From an uncultured Acidobacteriaceae bacterium (GTDB taxonomy: Bacteria > Acidobacteriota > Terriglobia > Terriglobales > Acidobacteriaceae): DNA of 64,000 nt. The notes under the pieces were generated by a model. That model made no database searches, was not told the origin of the DNA, and saw only the letters and a program-made list of their open reading frames with translations. Below are positions 40,430-49,746 of this stretch, in pieces. Within the stretch, counting starts at the first letter, position 1; each line of letters opens with the position of its first letter. The stretch is from positions 133,536 to 197,535 of the forward strand of contig CAWILE010000009.1 in the NCBI GenBank assembly GCA_963836835.1. Direction: 5' to 3'. The translations under genes were made by a program, and so were the position numbers.

Positions 40430-41227
40430 TCAGCGGTTCAGAACTGCCCAGCGCTTCTCCAGCATGTCGATGCGCTTCGCATCCTCCTGCTCGATGTGGC
40501 TGTAGTACTCGCGCTTGTTCAATAACCAGAGCAGCTCAAAATGCACTGCGTTCAGCAGCCCCTGATCGATATGACTCTGCCGTGCGGATTGCGCATCGAA
40601 TATGACCTTGCGCGTCTCGAATCGAGTCAGGTGGACGTTTACCATTTCGCGCAGAACAGGAATGGAGTCGCTGGAAACACCACCCCCGACGACAAGATCG
40701 AGATTGCGCCCCTTGCAGGCAGCAGCCGTTTTGAGTACGCAATCCGTCACCTGCCGGCCATTGATGTCATCCCGGCTGAGACCGGCGGAGAGTGAAAAGT
40801 CGACGCGGCCAAAGACGATGCCTGAAAGTTCCGGCGCCTTCTCTGTCGCATCCGCCAGAGCGTCCAGATGGTTGTAGGCGGACGTTGTTTCCAGATTGAA
40901 AAGGAACTCCGTCTCTTCGCGCTCTTCCTCCGAATACACCTTGGCCACGGCCTCAGCGAATTTGGTGAGCGCGTAGGTGCTCTCGATCATGGGAGCGATG
41001 ATGTAGTCCACGCCGATCTGCTTGCTCTCGATCAGGTCGCGCATCGCTTCGCATCCGCCTACCTTGAGACCAAACTTGAGCCCTGCCTTGCGGCAAATCT
41101 CGACCAGGCGCAGCAGTTCATCCACGCGCGTGCCTTCGGCCTCAAATTCGGCCTTTATGGCGACGTAGCCGTACTCCTGCCTGCCTTTTTTAAGGAGGTC
41201 GAGCATTTTGCGTTCTTTGGCGTTCAT
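40430..41227 (-). CDS. HpcH/HpaI aldolase / citrate-lyase-family protein
   Basis: [32 protein letters not shown]. Confidence 0.75.
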   Translation of the reverse strand: MNAKERKMLDLLKKGRQEYGYVAIKAEFEAEGTRVDELLRLVEICRKAGLKFGLKVGGCEAMRDLIESKQIGVDYIIAPMIESTYALTKFAEAVAKVYSEEEREETEFLFNLETTSAYNHLDALADATEKAPELSGIVFGRVDFSLSAGLSRDDINGRQVTDCVLKTAAACKGRNLDLVVGGGVSSDSIPVLREMVNVHLTRFETRKVIFDAQSARQSHIDQGLLNAVHFELLWLLNKREYYSHIEQEDAKRIDMLEKRWAVLNR

Positions 41228-41358
41228 TCCATCTCCGGGCGCAAAGTTGTGGTTTGGAAATTACCAGGCGATGGGCCCAATTCTAGCAGTTCAGATGGAA
41301 GATCCCCGGCTGTCGAGAGGCGCACCGCCACCTGCAAACACGGCAGGACCGGATTGCG

Positions 41359-42234
41359 TTAAGCAGCGGCGATGCGCCGGGTGAGGTCGTTCTGTTCGCT
41401 CTGTGATTCTGCCCCTATGGTGAACGCGTCGAGCACGCCGCTGCCCAGCGCGAATCGCACCGCATCGGACGGGCGATCGCGCATCGCTCCCTGGCCGAGG
41501 ATCTTCATGCCGACAATGCCGGTGCCGGTCTTACGCATCTGCTTGACGACGCTGATCACGGTGTCGGAGTCGGCGTCCATGTGTGCGCCAACCGGGTTCA
41601 GGCGCACCAGATCGATGTCGACCCACTCCGATGCGGCGGCTGCAGCGCGCAGCGCCTCGATGGAATGGCAGGAGACACCGTGCGCGCGAATAATGCCCTT
41701 CTGCTTGGCCTCGGACAGCACGTCCATGATGCCGCGATAGCGCGTTGTCCAGTCATCTTCCGTGACGCAGTGGATGAGGACGATGTCGATGTAGTCGGTG
41801 CCCAGCTCACGGCGAAAGCGATCGAGGTCCGCGCGCATCACCTTGGGATCGCGATGATCGCTCTTCGTCATCACCACCACCTTGTCCCGCGGCAACTGCT
41901 GGATCGCGGCCTTTACATAGGGATGGCTGCCGTAGGAGTCCGCGGTATCGAAGAAACGCAGGCCGTTCTCGTTGTAACCATCGAGCAGCAGCTTGACGAA
42001 TGGGTTGTTGCCCATACGTGTCTGGTTGGATTCGCCACCGCCTCCAATGGTACCGGTTCCCATGGCCAGACGGCTGGTCCGGATACCGGTGCGGCCGAGG
42101 ACGACATCATCGTGTGCGCGATAGCTGCCGGAGACCGGAGGCAGAGCGAAGCCGGCGGCACGGGCCGTTCTGGCGGCGATCCAGGTTGCGGCCAACCCCG
42201 AGGCGGAGCGGCGGAGGAAATCTCTACGAAGCAT
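41359..42234 (-). CDS. Tat-exported aldo/keto reductase
   Basis: LRRDFL Tat motif, LGRTG..SRLAMG, FDTADSYG, GTDYIDIVLIH. Confidence 0.88.
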   Translation of the reverse strand: MLRRDFLRRSASGLAATWIAARTARAAGFALPPVSGSYRAHDDVVLGRTGIRTSRLAMGTGTIGGGGESNQTRMGNNPFVKLLLDGYNENGLRFFDTADSYGSHPYVKAAIQQLPRDKVVVMTKSDHRDPKVMRADLDRFRRELGTDYIDIVLIHCVTEDDWTTRYRGIMDVLSEAKQKGIIRAHGVSCHSIEALRAAAAASEWVDIDLVRLNPVGAHMDADSDTVISVVKQMRKTGTGIVGMKILGQGAMRDRPSDAVRFALGSGVLDAFTIGAESQSEQNDLTRRIAAA

Positions 42235-42319
42235 AGAAACTCCTTTAGAGCGACAGGATACTCCTGTTTACCCTGTGTTTGTCTGCCCCGGAAACCACCT
42301 TAGTGGATTATGGATCGCA

Positions 42320-43951
42320 TCACCGCTGTCCGGTGAGTGAGGCATCCTGGAGGATGACGAAGTGTCCGTTCGGCAGTTGCTCGATGGTCGGCGCATAGGT
42401 GCCCAATAATTGGCGGCGCCACCACCTGCCGGTGTTGTGCTTCTCTTTCATGGAAGTGAACCAGTATTGCCAGAGAACGGCGCGAATATACCGGGGTGGG
42501 GCGCCGGCGAACGGATTTCCGCTGAAAAGCTGCAGCATGTCATGGTCATTCAGGAGCAGCAGCTCTTCGGTGCGGGGCACGATGGGATACTCCGGCCATG
42601 CGCCAAGCGAGGCGAACCACAGGTTCCAGTCGAAGCGCGGCTGGTAGGGCGCATAAAGACCCGGCGGCTTCGTCACATCCTGCGGCTTGTAGCGAAAGAG
42701 GTAGGCAGCCCAGTTCGTCCCATCCATCGAGCCCTGGAACTCAATCTCGTAGCGATGCGGCGTCATAACGGCGAAGAGACCGTACTGGTTCGCGATACGG
42801 AAGGGCTCGAGCGCGACGACAGGCTCGCCGGGAAGCGGAATCGTGCGCCAGAACATATGTAACATTAGCAGCGACGTGTTATAGAAGACCCAGCTCAGCA
42901 TGACGGCAGTGACGGCCGTGCGAAGCGCGCCCAGGTGGCGGCGAATCGAGGAGCGTGGCGGAGCGTCCGGTTGTTCGATGCTGCCGGTAATTTCATCTTC
43001 CAGCGTGGCGGGTTGAGCAGTCTCGGGGACGTGGAATTGCCCCGGAACAACGCGGCGGAGATAGCGATCGTCCAGCAGAAGAAAGCCCAGAGCGAGCACC
43101 AGGTAGTTGAGGAAGGTGTAGTTCGCCGTCAGAATGACACCAAGCTGCCACGCGGTGACCATCCAGAAGCAGACGATACGCCAGCGCCGCGGCAGAAATG
43201 CCATCAAGACCAGCACCAGCTCCATGAGCAGCGTGGTAAACGCGGTGGCTTTGTGGAACCACTCGGGCAGGTGCTGGATATACCAACCGATCCAGGTGGG
43301 CAGCGGTCCGTTCTGGTAGTACTCGTCCATGGCGGTGAAGTTGCGCCATGTCGGATCGCCGCTGAGCAGCTTCACCGCGCCGGATTCGAAGTAGATGCGG
43401 AACCATTCCCAGAGCAGCAGCAGCACGCTGGCACGCGGCGGCGGCGAAGCTGCGCCCCAGCCGGGCAGCAGGCCCGCGGGAGCGAGGAAGAGGCTGATGA
43501 ATCCTGCTTCCAGCAGCATGCCGTCGGATTGGTAGTTGGCGAAGTCCTGCGCTGCTCCGATAAAAGACAAGTAGCCGAGAAAACAGACAATCAGCATGGC
43601 GCGCGGACAGATGTTGGCCACCACCAGCACAGATGCCAGCATGCCCACGATGCACAGCGCGATGAGCATGTGATTGCCGGAGCCGAGCCACAGGATCGTA
43701 GGCGCGTACCACAGCCGCATCGGTCCGAGTCCGCGGCGCACGTGCTCCAGAAACTCGCCCGCCGGCAGAACGCCATCGGGGCCGATGAGACCTCTGATCT
43801 GAAAGATCAGAGAGAAAAATGCCGAAAAGTAAATGAGCCCGAGCGCGCGCAGAAAGAGCCAGCGAGGGATAAGCCGGTTCGATGCGCCATACCGGCCATC
43901 CGGAGTGGAGCCAAATAGATACCGGATAAAGTTGACTGGAGCGGAGGGCAT
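42320..43951 (-). CDS. Lipase maturation factor family membrane protein
   Basis: LRALGLIYFSAF, GLIGPDGVLP, QSDGMLLEAGF, NQYGLFAVMT, PYQPRFDWNLWF. Confidence 0.88.
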   Translation of the reverse strand: MPSAPVNFIRYLFGSTPDGRYGASNRLIPRWLFLRALGLIYFSAFFSLIFQIRGLIGPDGVLPAGEFLEHVRRGLGPMRLWYAPTILWLGSGNHMLIALCIVGMLASVLVVANICPRAMLIVCFLGYLSFIGAAQDFANYQSDGMLLEAGFISLFLAPAGLLPGWGAASPPPRASVLLLLWEWFRIYFESGAVKLLSGDPTWRNFTAMDEYYQNGPLPTWIGWYIQHLPEWFHKATAFTTLLMELVLVLMAFLPRRWRIVCFWMVTAWQLGVILTANYTFLNYLVLALGFLLLDDRYLRRVVPGQFHVPETAQPATLEDEITGSIEQPDAPPRSSIRRHLGALRTAVTAVMLSWVFYNTSLLMLHMFWRTIPLPGEPVVALEPFRIANQYGLFAVMTPHRYEIEFQGSMDGTNWAAYLFRYKPQDVTKPPGLYAPYQPRFDWNLWFASLGAWPEYPIVPRTEELLLLNDHDMLQLFSGNPFAGAPPRYIRAVLWQYWFTSMKEKHNTGRWWRRQLLGTYAPTIEQLPNGHFVILQDASLTGQR

Positions 43952-44000
43952 GTCGACTTGCTCCCAGAGTACCGCTGTCCAGAGTAGCGCCGTCGCGCGT

Positions 44001-45413
44001 TCAGGGTTGCGTTGGCGTCGAGCCGGAAGAAATGACGAACTGCCGCACCTCGGCTCGCTCCTTGTCCAGCTCCGCCTGGCGATGCGCCTGCAGCTTTTGA
44101 AATGTTTGGAACTCCTGCTGCGCGCGTTCCTTGTTTCCCGCGTGCACGTAGTACTGGCCGAGCCGATAGTGCGCGTCCGGCAGGTCTGGGTTCAGCTCCA
44201 GCGCACGCGTGTATTGCGGCAGCGACTTGGCGTACTGATGCTGGTCCGCATAGAGAATTCCCAACTGCAGATGCGCGTCGGCCAGCTTGTCGTCCAGCGC
44301 GATGGACTTCCGCAGCAGCGATTCGACCTGCGCGAAGTCAATGCTGTTCGCCTCCGAGCGCTTTCCTTTCCAAAGCCCGACGGCGTAGTAGTACTGGGCG
44401 AGCGCATTGCGCGGCTCCAGCTCTGCGTAGCGGCGGAAGCGCTGGATCACGTCGTCGGCCTGGTTCGGTGAGCTGAGATACGCCTTCGAAAGAAACAGGT
44501 AACAGCGCCCGTCGTGTGGATTCAGGTCCGCGGCGGTGAGCAGGGCCTTGATCGACTCCTCATAGCGGCCGCGCGAGTAGAGCGCCATGCCCAGTCCGAT
44601 CCAGAGACGCGGCGACTTGGGGAAGCGCACAGTTCCCTGCTGGAAGACCTGAATGGCCGGCTCATAGGTGCGGTGAAGCAGAAGCTCGCTGCCCCATGCA
44701 AAGAGATTGTCTTCGCTGGGGTCCATCTGCGCTGCGGTCTCCAGCTGGTTGGCGGCCTCGATAAATTTGCCGTCCTTCTCGTCGATCCTGCCGAGGAGGT
44801 TGTGAAGCTCGCCGCTGTCCTGTTGTTTTGCGAGCTCCTGGGTAAGCTGCCGCGCATCGCTGAGGCGACCGGTAAGGAAGTACGCCAGCGCCAGGTTGTA
44901 GCTGTTGTCGTAGGAGGCGGGCTGAATTTGCCGGGCCTTTTCGAGCAAGGGGATTGCCTGCGCGAGCTTGCCGGATTGCAGATAGAACTCGGCGAGGTTG
45001 TGATTGGCCTGATAGTCCTCTGGTTCCAGAGCCAGCGCCTTGCGGAACTGATCCTCTGCCGCCGCTGGCCTGCCGGCATGCAGCAGGCCGGTGGCGAGAT
45101 TGGTGCGGGCGGCAGCGGAGTCCGGCTTTAGCTGCACTGCTATCTGGAGTTGGTCTACGGACTTCGCGGTCTTATGCTGCGCGGCGTAGACCAGGCCCAG
45201 CAGCTCGTGCACTTCGAAGCTTTTTGAGAGGCTCGGCTCTATTTTTTCCAGTCGGGCCGCTGCCTGGGTGTAGTCGTGCGCGTTGTAGGCAGAGACGGCG
45301 GATTGAAACTCGCTCTCAAGAGCGCGGTCTGGCGCACTCTGGGCCGTCACCGGCACGGAAAGTGCAATCATCGAACCGAAAAGGACGAGCCGGAGCGGAA
45401 CCGCCTTACCCAC
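44001..45413 (-). CDS. Exported TPR protein
   Basis: Signal peptide and multiple TPRs; start re-called at GTG 45413 downstream of the terminator. Confidence 0.85.
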   Translation of the reverse strand: MGKAVPLRLVLFGSMIALSVPVTAQSAPDRALESEFQSAVSAYNAHDYTQAAARLEKIEPSLSKSFEVHELLGLVYAAQHKTAKSVDQLQIAVQLKPDSAAARTNLATGLLHAGRPAAAEDQFRKALALEPEDYQANHNLAEFYLQSGKLAQAIPLLEKARQIQPASYDNSYNLALAYFLTGRLSDARQLTQELAKQQDSGELHNLLGRIDEKDGKFIEAANQLETAAQMDPSEDNLFAWGSELLLHRTYEPAIQVFQQGTVRFPKSPRLWIGLGMALYSRGRYEESIKALLTAADLNPHDGRCYLFLSKAYLSSPNQADDVIQRFRRYAELEPRNALAQYYYAVGLWKGKRSEANSIDFAQVESLLRKSIALDDKLADAHLQLGILYADQHQYAKSLPQYTRALELNPDLPDAHYRLGQYYVHAGNKERAQQEFQTFQKLQAHRQAELDKERAEVRQFVISSGSTPTQP

Positions 45414-45449
45414 ACCTTCACCTCGCATCCGCCACAAAAAGAGCATCGC

Positions 45450-45482
45450 AAAAAGAGACACCCCGGATCATATTCCGGGGTG
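45450..45482 (-). terminator. Terminator after the TBDR
   Basis: caccccgga/tccggggtg stem followed by tctcttttt on the minus strand. Confidence 0.7.
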
Positions 45483-45505
45483 CCTGCTGGGTGTGAGTCT
45501 AGCGA

Positions 45506-48500
45506 TCAGTAGTAAAGCTTCAGAGCGAACTGAATCTGCCGCGGATCGTAAGGAGCATCGCGTGTAGACCCGATCTGTCCGAAGGCGCTGTTGGTGAAAT
45601 CGCCAGAACCGCTGATGGACTGTACACCGTTGCCGCCAAAGTTCGGCGCGTTGAAGTTCGGATGGTTGAGGATGTTGAAGAACTCCGCCCGGAACTGCAT
45701 CGAGACGCGGTCACTGATCTGGAATCCCTTGAATGCTGAGAAGTCGAACCGGCGGAAGTCTGGTCCGTGGGTGAAGCCGGGACGGCCGCCCAGGATCGCC
45801 GAGCCGCTCTGAATCGAGCACGGTGCTGAGGTTAGGCTGGGGTCGGGCCCGGTCGGTCCCAGTGGGCAGGGCTGCTTATAAGCCTTGGGGTTGTTGTACC
45901 AGAAGGGGGCGGTCTGCCCTGACGTGGGGTCAATTACCTTAGTTTTTATGCTCAGCTGCTGGCTCACGCCGGGAACCAGGAAGGCGTTGCAACCCGTTCC
46001 AGAGGTCGTGCCCGTGGGACAGCCTATGGTCTCGGGTTGGCCTCCCTGGAGAGTCGTAATGAAGTACACGCTCCATCCACCAATCAAGCTGTTCGTAAGC
46101 TTGTTGACGTCCCCCATGTACTTCTTGTTTTGGCCGAACGGGAGTTCATAACCACCGCTGATGTGCACAACGTTACGGACATCGAAATCAGCCGGACCCC
46201 AATCAATCTTGGGACCGAGACCTGGCACCCACGGCGCGCGACCTTGGTCAGCGGAGGTTCCATTGAGGAGATCGCCCGCGTCGGAGAGCGCCTTCGACCA
46301 CGTATAGGTGATGAGGTAATTCAGTCCGCTCGCGAACGACTGTTCCAGTTTTGTCTGCAGACCGTTGTAGACGCTGTCGCCGATCGTGCGTTGGTAGCTG
46401 GCACCTTGGCTGAAATCGGGGAAAGGCACGAAGTCTCTCGTGTTTGTGCCGACAGGGAGAATCTGCGATACGTGGTTATTGCCGATGCCCTGCTGCAGGT
46501 GGCTGGCCCTGGTCAGTACGTAGGCTGCCTGGGCGCTGAGCGTATTGGTGATGGCGTATTGCACGGTCATATTGCTGCTGAGCGTACGCGGCGTCTTGTA
46601 ATCGAACTGAAGCCCCTGGAGGCTGAGGCCGGAGGCGTTGACGGCCAGCGGTGTGAAGGCCACGCAACTGAGGCCCGCCCCGATGGTTGCGGTTCCACCC
46701 GGTCCTGCGCTTCCGCAGGAACCATATGGATTTGCGCCGGTGCTGAAGGGCGCGTAATCAGTGGTTTGGTCGTAGCCGAAGTTATAGACGAAGGGATAGT
46801 TTTCGCCGATGTTCGGACCGTATCCCTGATTTTCAAAGGCGTTGAAGTAAAGACCGACTCCGCCACGCAACACCAGCCTTGGAGAGGCTTGGAAGGCGAA
46901 GCCGAAGCGTGGAGCGAAGTTGGTTTGCTGTGTCTGCACCAGCGCGTTGCCGTATTTGTTGGTCGAGCCCAGTGCAATGCCGTCCTTGACCAGCAGGTCG
47001 AGGAAGCCGTTTCCGTTGAGTGAGGGGTTGTTGGCGGTCGAGGAGAGGTGCCTGTCTGCCTTGCCCGACGCGGGAATCAGATAGATCGGGTTACCAGTCG
47101 GCGGCCCGGTCTGCACGAAGTTTGCCTGTGCGCCGTTCGTTTCCGAGATGGGGCTGAAATAATCCCAGCGCAGGCCCAGGTTGACCGTGAGCTTCGGAGT
47201 GACTTTGAGATCATCCTGAAAGTAGAAGGCCAGGTAGGACCGTTGGTCATAGGTCTTGCTGATGTTGGAAGCGTTGACGTGGTTCGCGCCCCCGACGAAA
47301 CTGACACCGCCCGGGACAGTCGTTGTTGTCGGCGTAAGGAGGAACTGCGCCCGGCCGGTATTGTCACCGCCCTGGTTCGGCACGCCGGCATAGTTGCCAT
47401 TAAAGCTGAACTCGCCGCGGGAGTACGCGGGTTGCAGGGTGTTGAAGTTGACGGACTGATACTCCATGCCCATCTTGAAGCTGTTCCTGCCGTAGATTTT
47501 GGTGAAATCGTCCGTGACCTGGAAGGTCTGGCTGACTTCGTCGGAGGGAAGAAAGTCATTGCTACCCAACTGGTTGAGGCCGGAGACGATGATTGCGGGC
47601 AGACCGCCGTTCTCCGGTGCCTGGGGAATGCCCTGGATGCCGAACTGCGCCGGAATGCCCTGCGTGTTGCCCTCAGGACCAAAGCGCGTGGTGTGCAGGT
47701 GGTTGAAGCCGCCGCGGACTACGTTGATGGTAGTGGGCGCGAAGACGTGGGTGTAGCCCAGCACGGCCTGGTCAGATTTCGCCGTCTGGTCGCCCTGCTG
47801 GAAAGCGCCACCGTCGGCGATGCCGCCGAAGATACCGGGGATGAAATTCGGATCATCCACGTAGCTGAAGCGGACAAAGAATTGGTTCTTCGGGTTCCAG
47901 TTGACGTCCCCGCGAACATCGAAGGCGTTGCGGTGCTCGTAGAGATGGGGGCTGTTCGTGTAGTTACTGCTGAACGCACCCGTCGAGGGCAGCGGATACA
48001 AGTTCAGCAGCTTGATTGCGTTGGGATCCAGACGGCCCGCAGCGATGTGGTTCAGATTGCAGGCAACCGGATCGAAGACCTTCGTTGTTGGTCCACATGA
48101 TCCAAATGGGTCCCGAACAGGAACTCCTGACCCGGTGCGGTTAACGAAGCCGGTGAGCGGATCGACTCCGCCGGCCGGAATCACACGGGTGGTTGCCGGA
48201 TCCATGATCGTGCCAAGCGGTATTCTCCGGCCCTCTGCATCTGTTCGTGCCTTGGTCGGGTCGTTGCCGCCCTGGCCTGTTATCACATCCGACAGGTTGG
48301 TGTAGCCGCTGTTTCTCTCCAGAAGCGTCGGCACGCTGCCGCTAAGCACAGTGCCCTGTACGCGGCGGAAGCCCTCGTAGTCGCCAAAGAAGAAGACCTT
48401 GTCCTTGATGACGGGGCCGCCGATGGACGCGCCAAACTGGTTCTGCCGCAGCTCGCCCTTTGGCCTGCGGGCGTTGTTCTCAAACCAGTCCGCGGCGTCC

Positions 48501-49321
48501 AGCTTGTCGTTGCGGAAGAACTCCCACACCGCGCCGTGGAAGCTGTTAGTGCCTGACTTGATGGTCGCGTTCAGGATGGCGCCTGCGGCGCGACCCTGTT
48601 CGGCGCTGAAGCTTGAGGTTTGGACCGAGAACTCCTGGATCGCATCGACCGGCGGCAGGATGACGAAGTTGGTGCCGTTCAGGAAGTCGACCGCGTTGGA
48701 GTTGTTGTCAATGCCGTCCAGCAGGTAATTGTTCTGCGCCGGGCGGAGACCGTTGGCCGAAAAGGCGCCCGATGCCGCGTTGCCGCGAGTATCCGCCTGC
48801 GGGGTGTTCACGCCGGCAGCAAGCTGCGCCAGGAAGGTGAAGTTGCGCCCGTTCAGCGGCAGGTTGTTGACATTCTCCCGGTTGATAACCTGAGCCACCG
48901 AGGCATTGTCCGTCTGCAACTGCGGCGGCGCAGCGGTGACTTGTACGGTTTGCGATGCCGCGCCGAGTTTCAGCTGAACATTGGCGAGCACGTGCCCCCC
49001 GACCGTGACCGTGATGTTCTGCTGGGTCGTGGTCGAGAATCCCGGAGCAGCGACGGTCACCGTGTAGTGGCCGATCCTGACCGGATTGAAAGCATATTCG
49101 CCGGAGTTGCCGGTGGTGGATTCTAGCGTGATGCCCTGGTCGGTATTGAGCAGGGTCACTTTGGCGTTGGGAACGGCGGCGCCTGAAGAGTCTGTCACCA
49201 CGCCATTGATCGCGCCTTCGTCTACCTGGGCAAGGAGACGCTGGGGCGCGAGCAGGAGCAGAAGCAGACACGTGAAGGCGAAGCATCTGAACCACGGGAA
49301 AACGTTGCGATCAATGGCCAT
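45506..49321 (-). CDS. Oar-like TonB-dependent receptor
   Basis: Signal peptide, GAINGVVTDSSGAAVPNAKV, LPLNGRNF, NNYLLDGIDNN, NFAPRFGFA, ends RQIQFALKLYY; GAGAGG RBS before ATG 49321. Confidence 0.92.
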   Translation of the reverse strand: MAIDRNVFPWFRCFAFTCLLLLLLAPQRLLAQVDEGAINGVVTDSSGAAVPNAKVTLLNTDQGITLESTTGNSGEYAFNPVRIGHYTVTVAAPGFSTTTQQNITVTVGGHVLANVQLKLGAASQTVQVTAAPPQLQTDNASVAQVINRENVNNLPLNGRNFTFLAQLAAGVNTPQADTRGNAASGAFSANGLRPAQNNYLLDGIDNNSNAVDFLNGTNFVILPPVDAIQEFSVQTSSFSAEQGRAAGAILNATIKSGTNSFHGAVWEFFRNDKLDAADWFENNARRPKGELRQNQFGASIGGPVIKDKVFFFGDYEGFRRVQGTVLSGSVPTLLERNSGYTNLSDVITGQGGNDPTKARTDAEGRRIPLGTIMDPATTRVIPAGGVDPLTGFVNRTGSGVPVRDPFGSCGPTTKVFDPVACNLNHIAAGRLDPNAIKLLNLYPLPSTGAFSSNYTNSPHLYEHRNAFDVRGDVNWNPKNQFFVRFSYVDDPNFIPGIFGGIADGGAFQQGDQTAKSDQAVLGYTHVFAPTTINVVRGGFNHLHTTRFGPEGNTQGIPAQFGIQGIPQAPENGGLPAIIVSGLNQLGSNDFLPSDEVSQTFQVTDDFTKIYGRNSFKMGMEYQSVNFNTLQPAYSRGEFSFNGNYAGVPNQGGDNTGRAQFLLTPTTTTVPGGVSFVGGANHVNASNISKTYDQRSYLAFYFQDDLKVTPKLTVNLGLRWDYFSPISETNGAQANFVQTGPPTGNPIYLIPASGKADRHLSSTANNPSLNGNGFLDLLVKDGIALGSTNKYGNALVQTQQTNFAPRFGFAFQASPRLVLRGGVGLYFNAFENQGYGPNIGENYPFVYNFGYDQTTDYAPFSTGANPYGSCGSAGPGGTATIGAGLSCVAFTPLAVNASGLSLQGLQFDYKTPRTLSSNMTVQYAITNTLSAQAAYVLTRASHLQQGIGNNHVSQILPVGTNTRDFVPFPDFSQGASYQRTIGDSVYNGLQTKLEQSFASGLNYLITYTWSKALSDAGDLLNGTSADQGRAPWVPGLGPKIDWGPADFDVRNVVHISGGYELPFGQNKKYMGDVNKLTNSLIGGWSVYFITTLQGGQPETIGCPTGTTSGTGCNAFLVPGVSQQLSIKTKVIDPTSGQTAPFWYNNPKAYKQPCPLGPTGPDPSLTSAPCSIQSGSAILGGRPGFTHGPDFRRFDFSAFKGFQISDRVSMQFRAEFFNILNHPNFNAPNFGGNGVQSISGSGDFTNSAFGQIGSTRDAPYDPRQIQFALKLYY

Positions 49322-49398
49322 GAAAATAAACCTCTCTCTCCCTGATAAAGGCCCATTTGCTGCATATGACCCGCTGGTTCGAATCTCATCGGGCTCGG

Positions 49399-49451
49399 GT
49401 AACCGGTTACATCCTGCAGGGCACAGCCCGGCTGGGAAACCGGTTACATCC
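49399..49451. promoter_or_regulatory. Two LacI-type operator-like palindromes upstream of the TBDR
   Basis: GTAACCGGTTAC (49399-49410) and GAAACCGGTTAC (49436-49447); 14-bp direct repeat aaccggttacatcc, 37 bp apart. Confidence 0.65.
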
Positions 49452-49746
49452 AATCGGAGGGAACCATAATCCAATTCCGAAAGACTTGTCAACCAAAAGG
49501 TGGAAGCAGGAATAGGTCTTAGCAACCAGCAAGCAATAGGAAATTCGTACCAGGAGTTGCCTGAGTTTCGGCGGCGGGAACGAGTGCGTGGCTGCTGTCG
49601 GCATGAACGCCACCTTCCGGTGGGTCCCCGTAATGCAGGATCACTTTCTCACCAATTCCAGCCGTCGTCTACCGCTTTCCACGGGTGAGAGCAAAATCAT
49701 TGTCTGATTTGGTGTTAGCATTGCCGTCTGCACGGGACCCGCAAGG

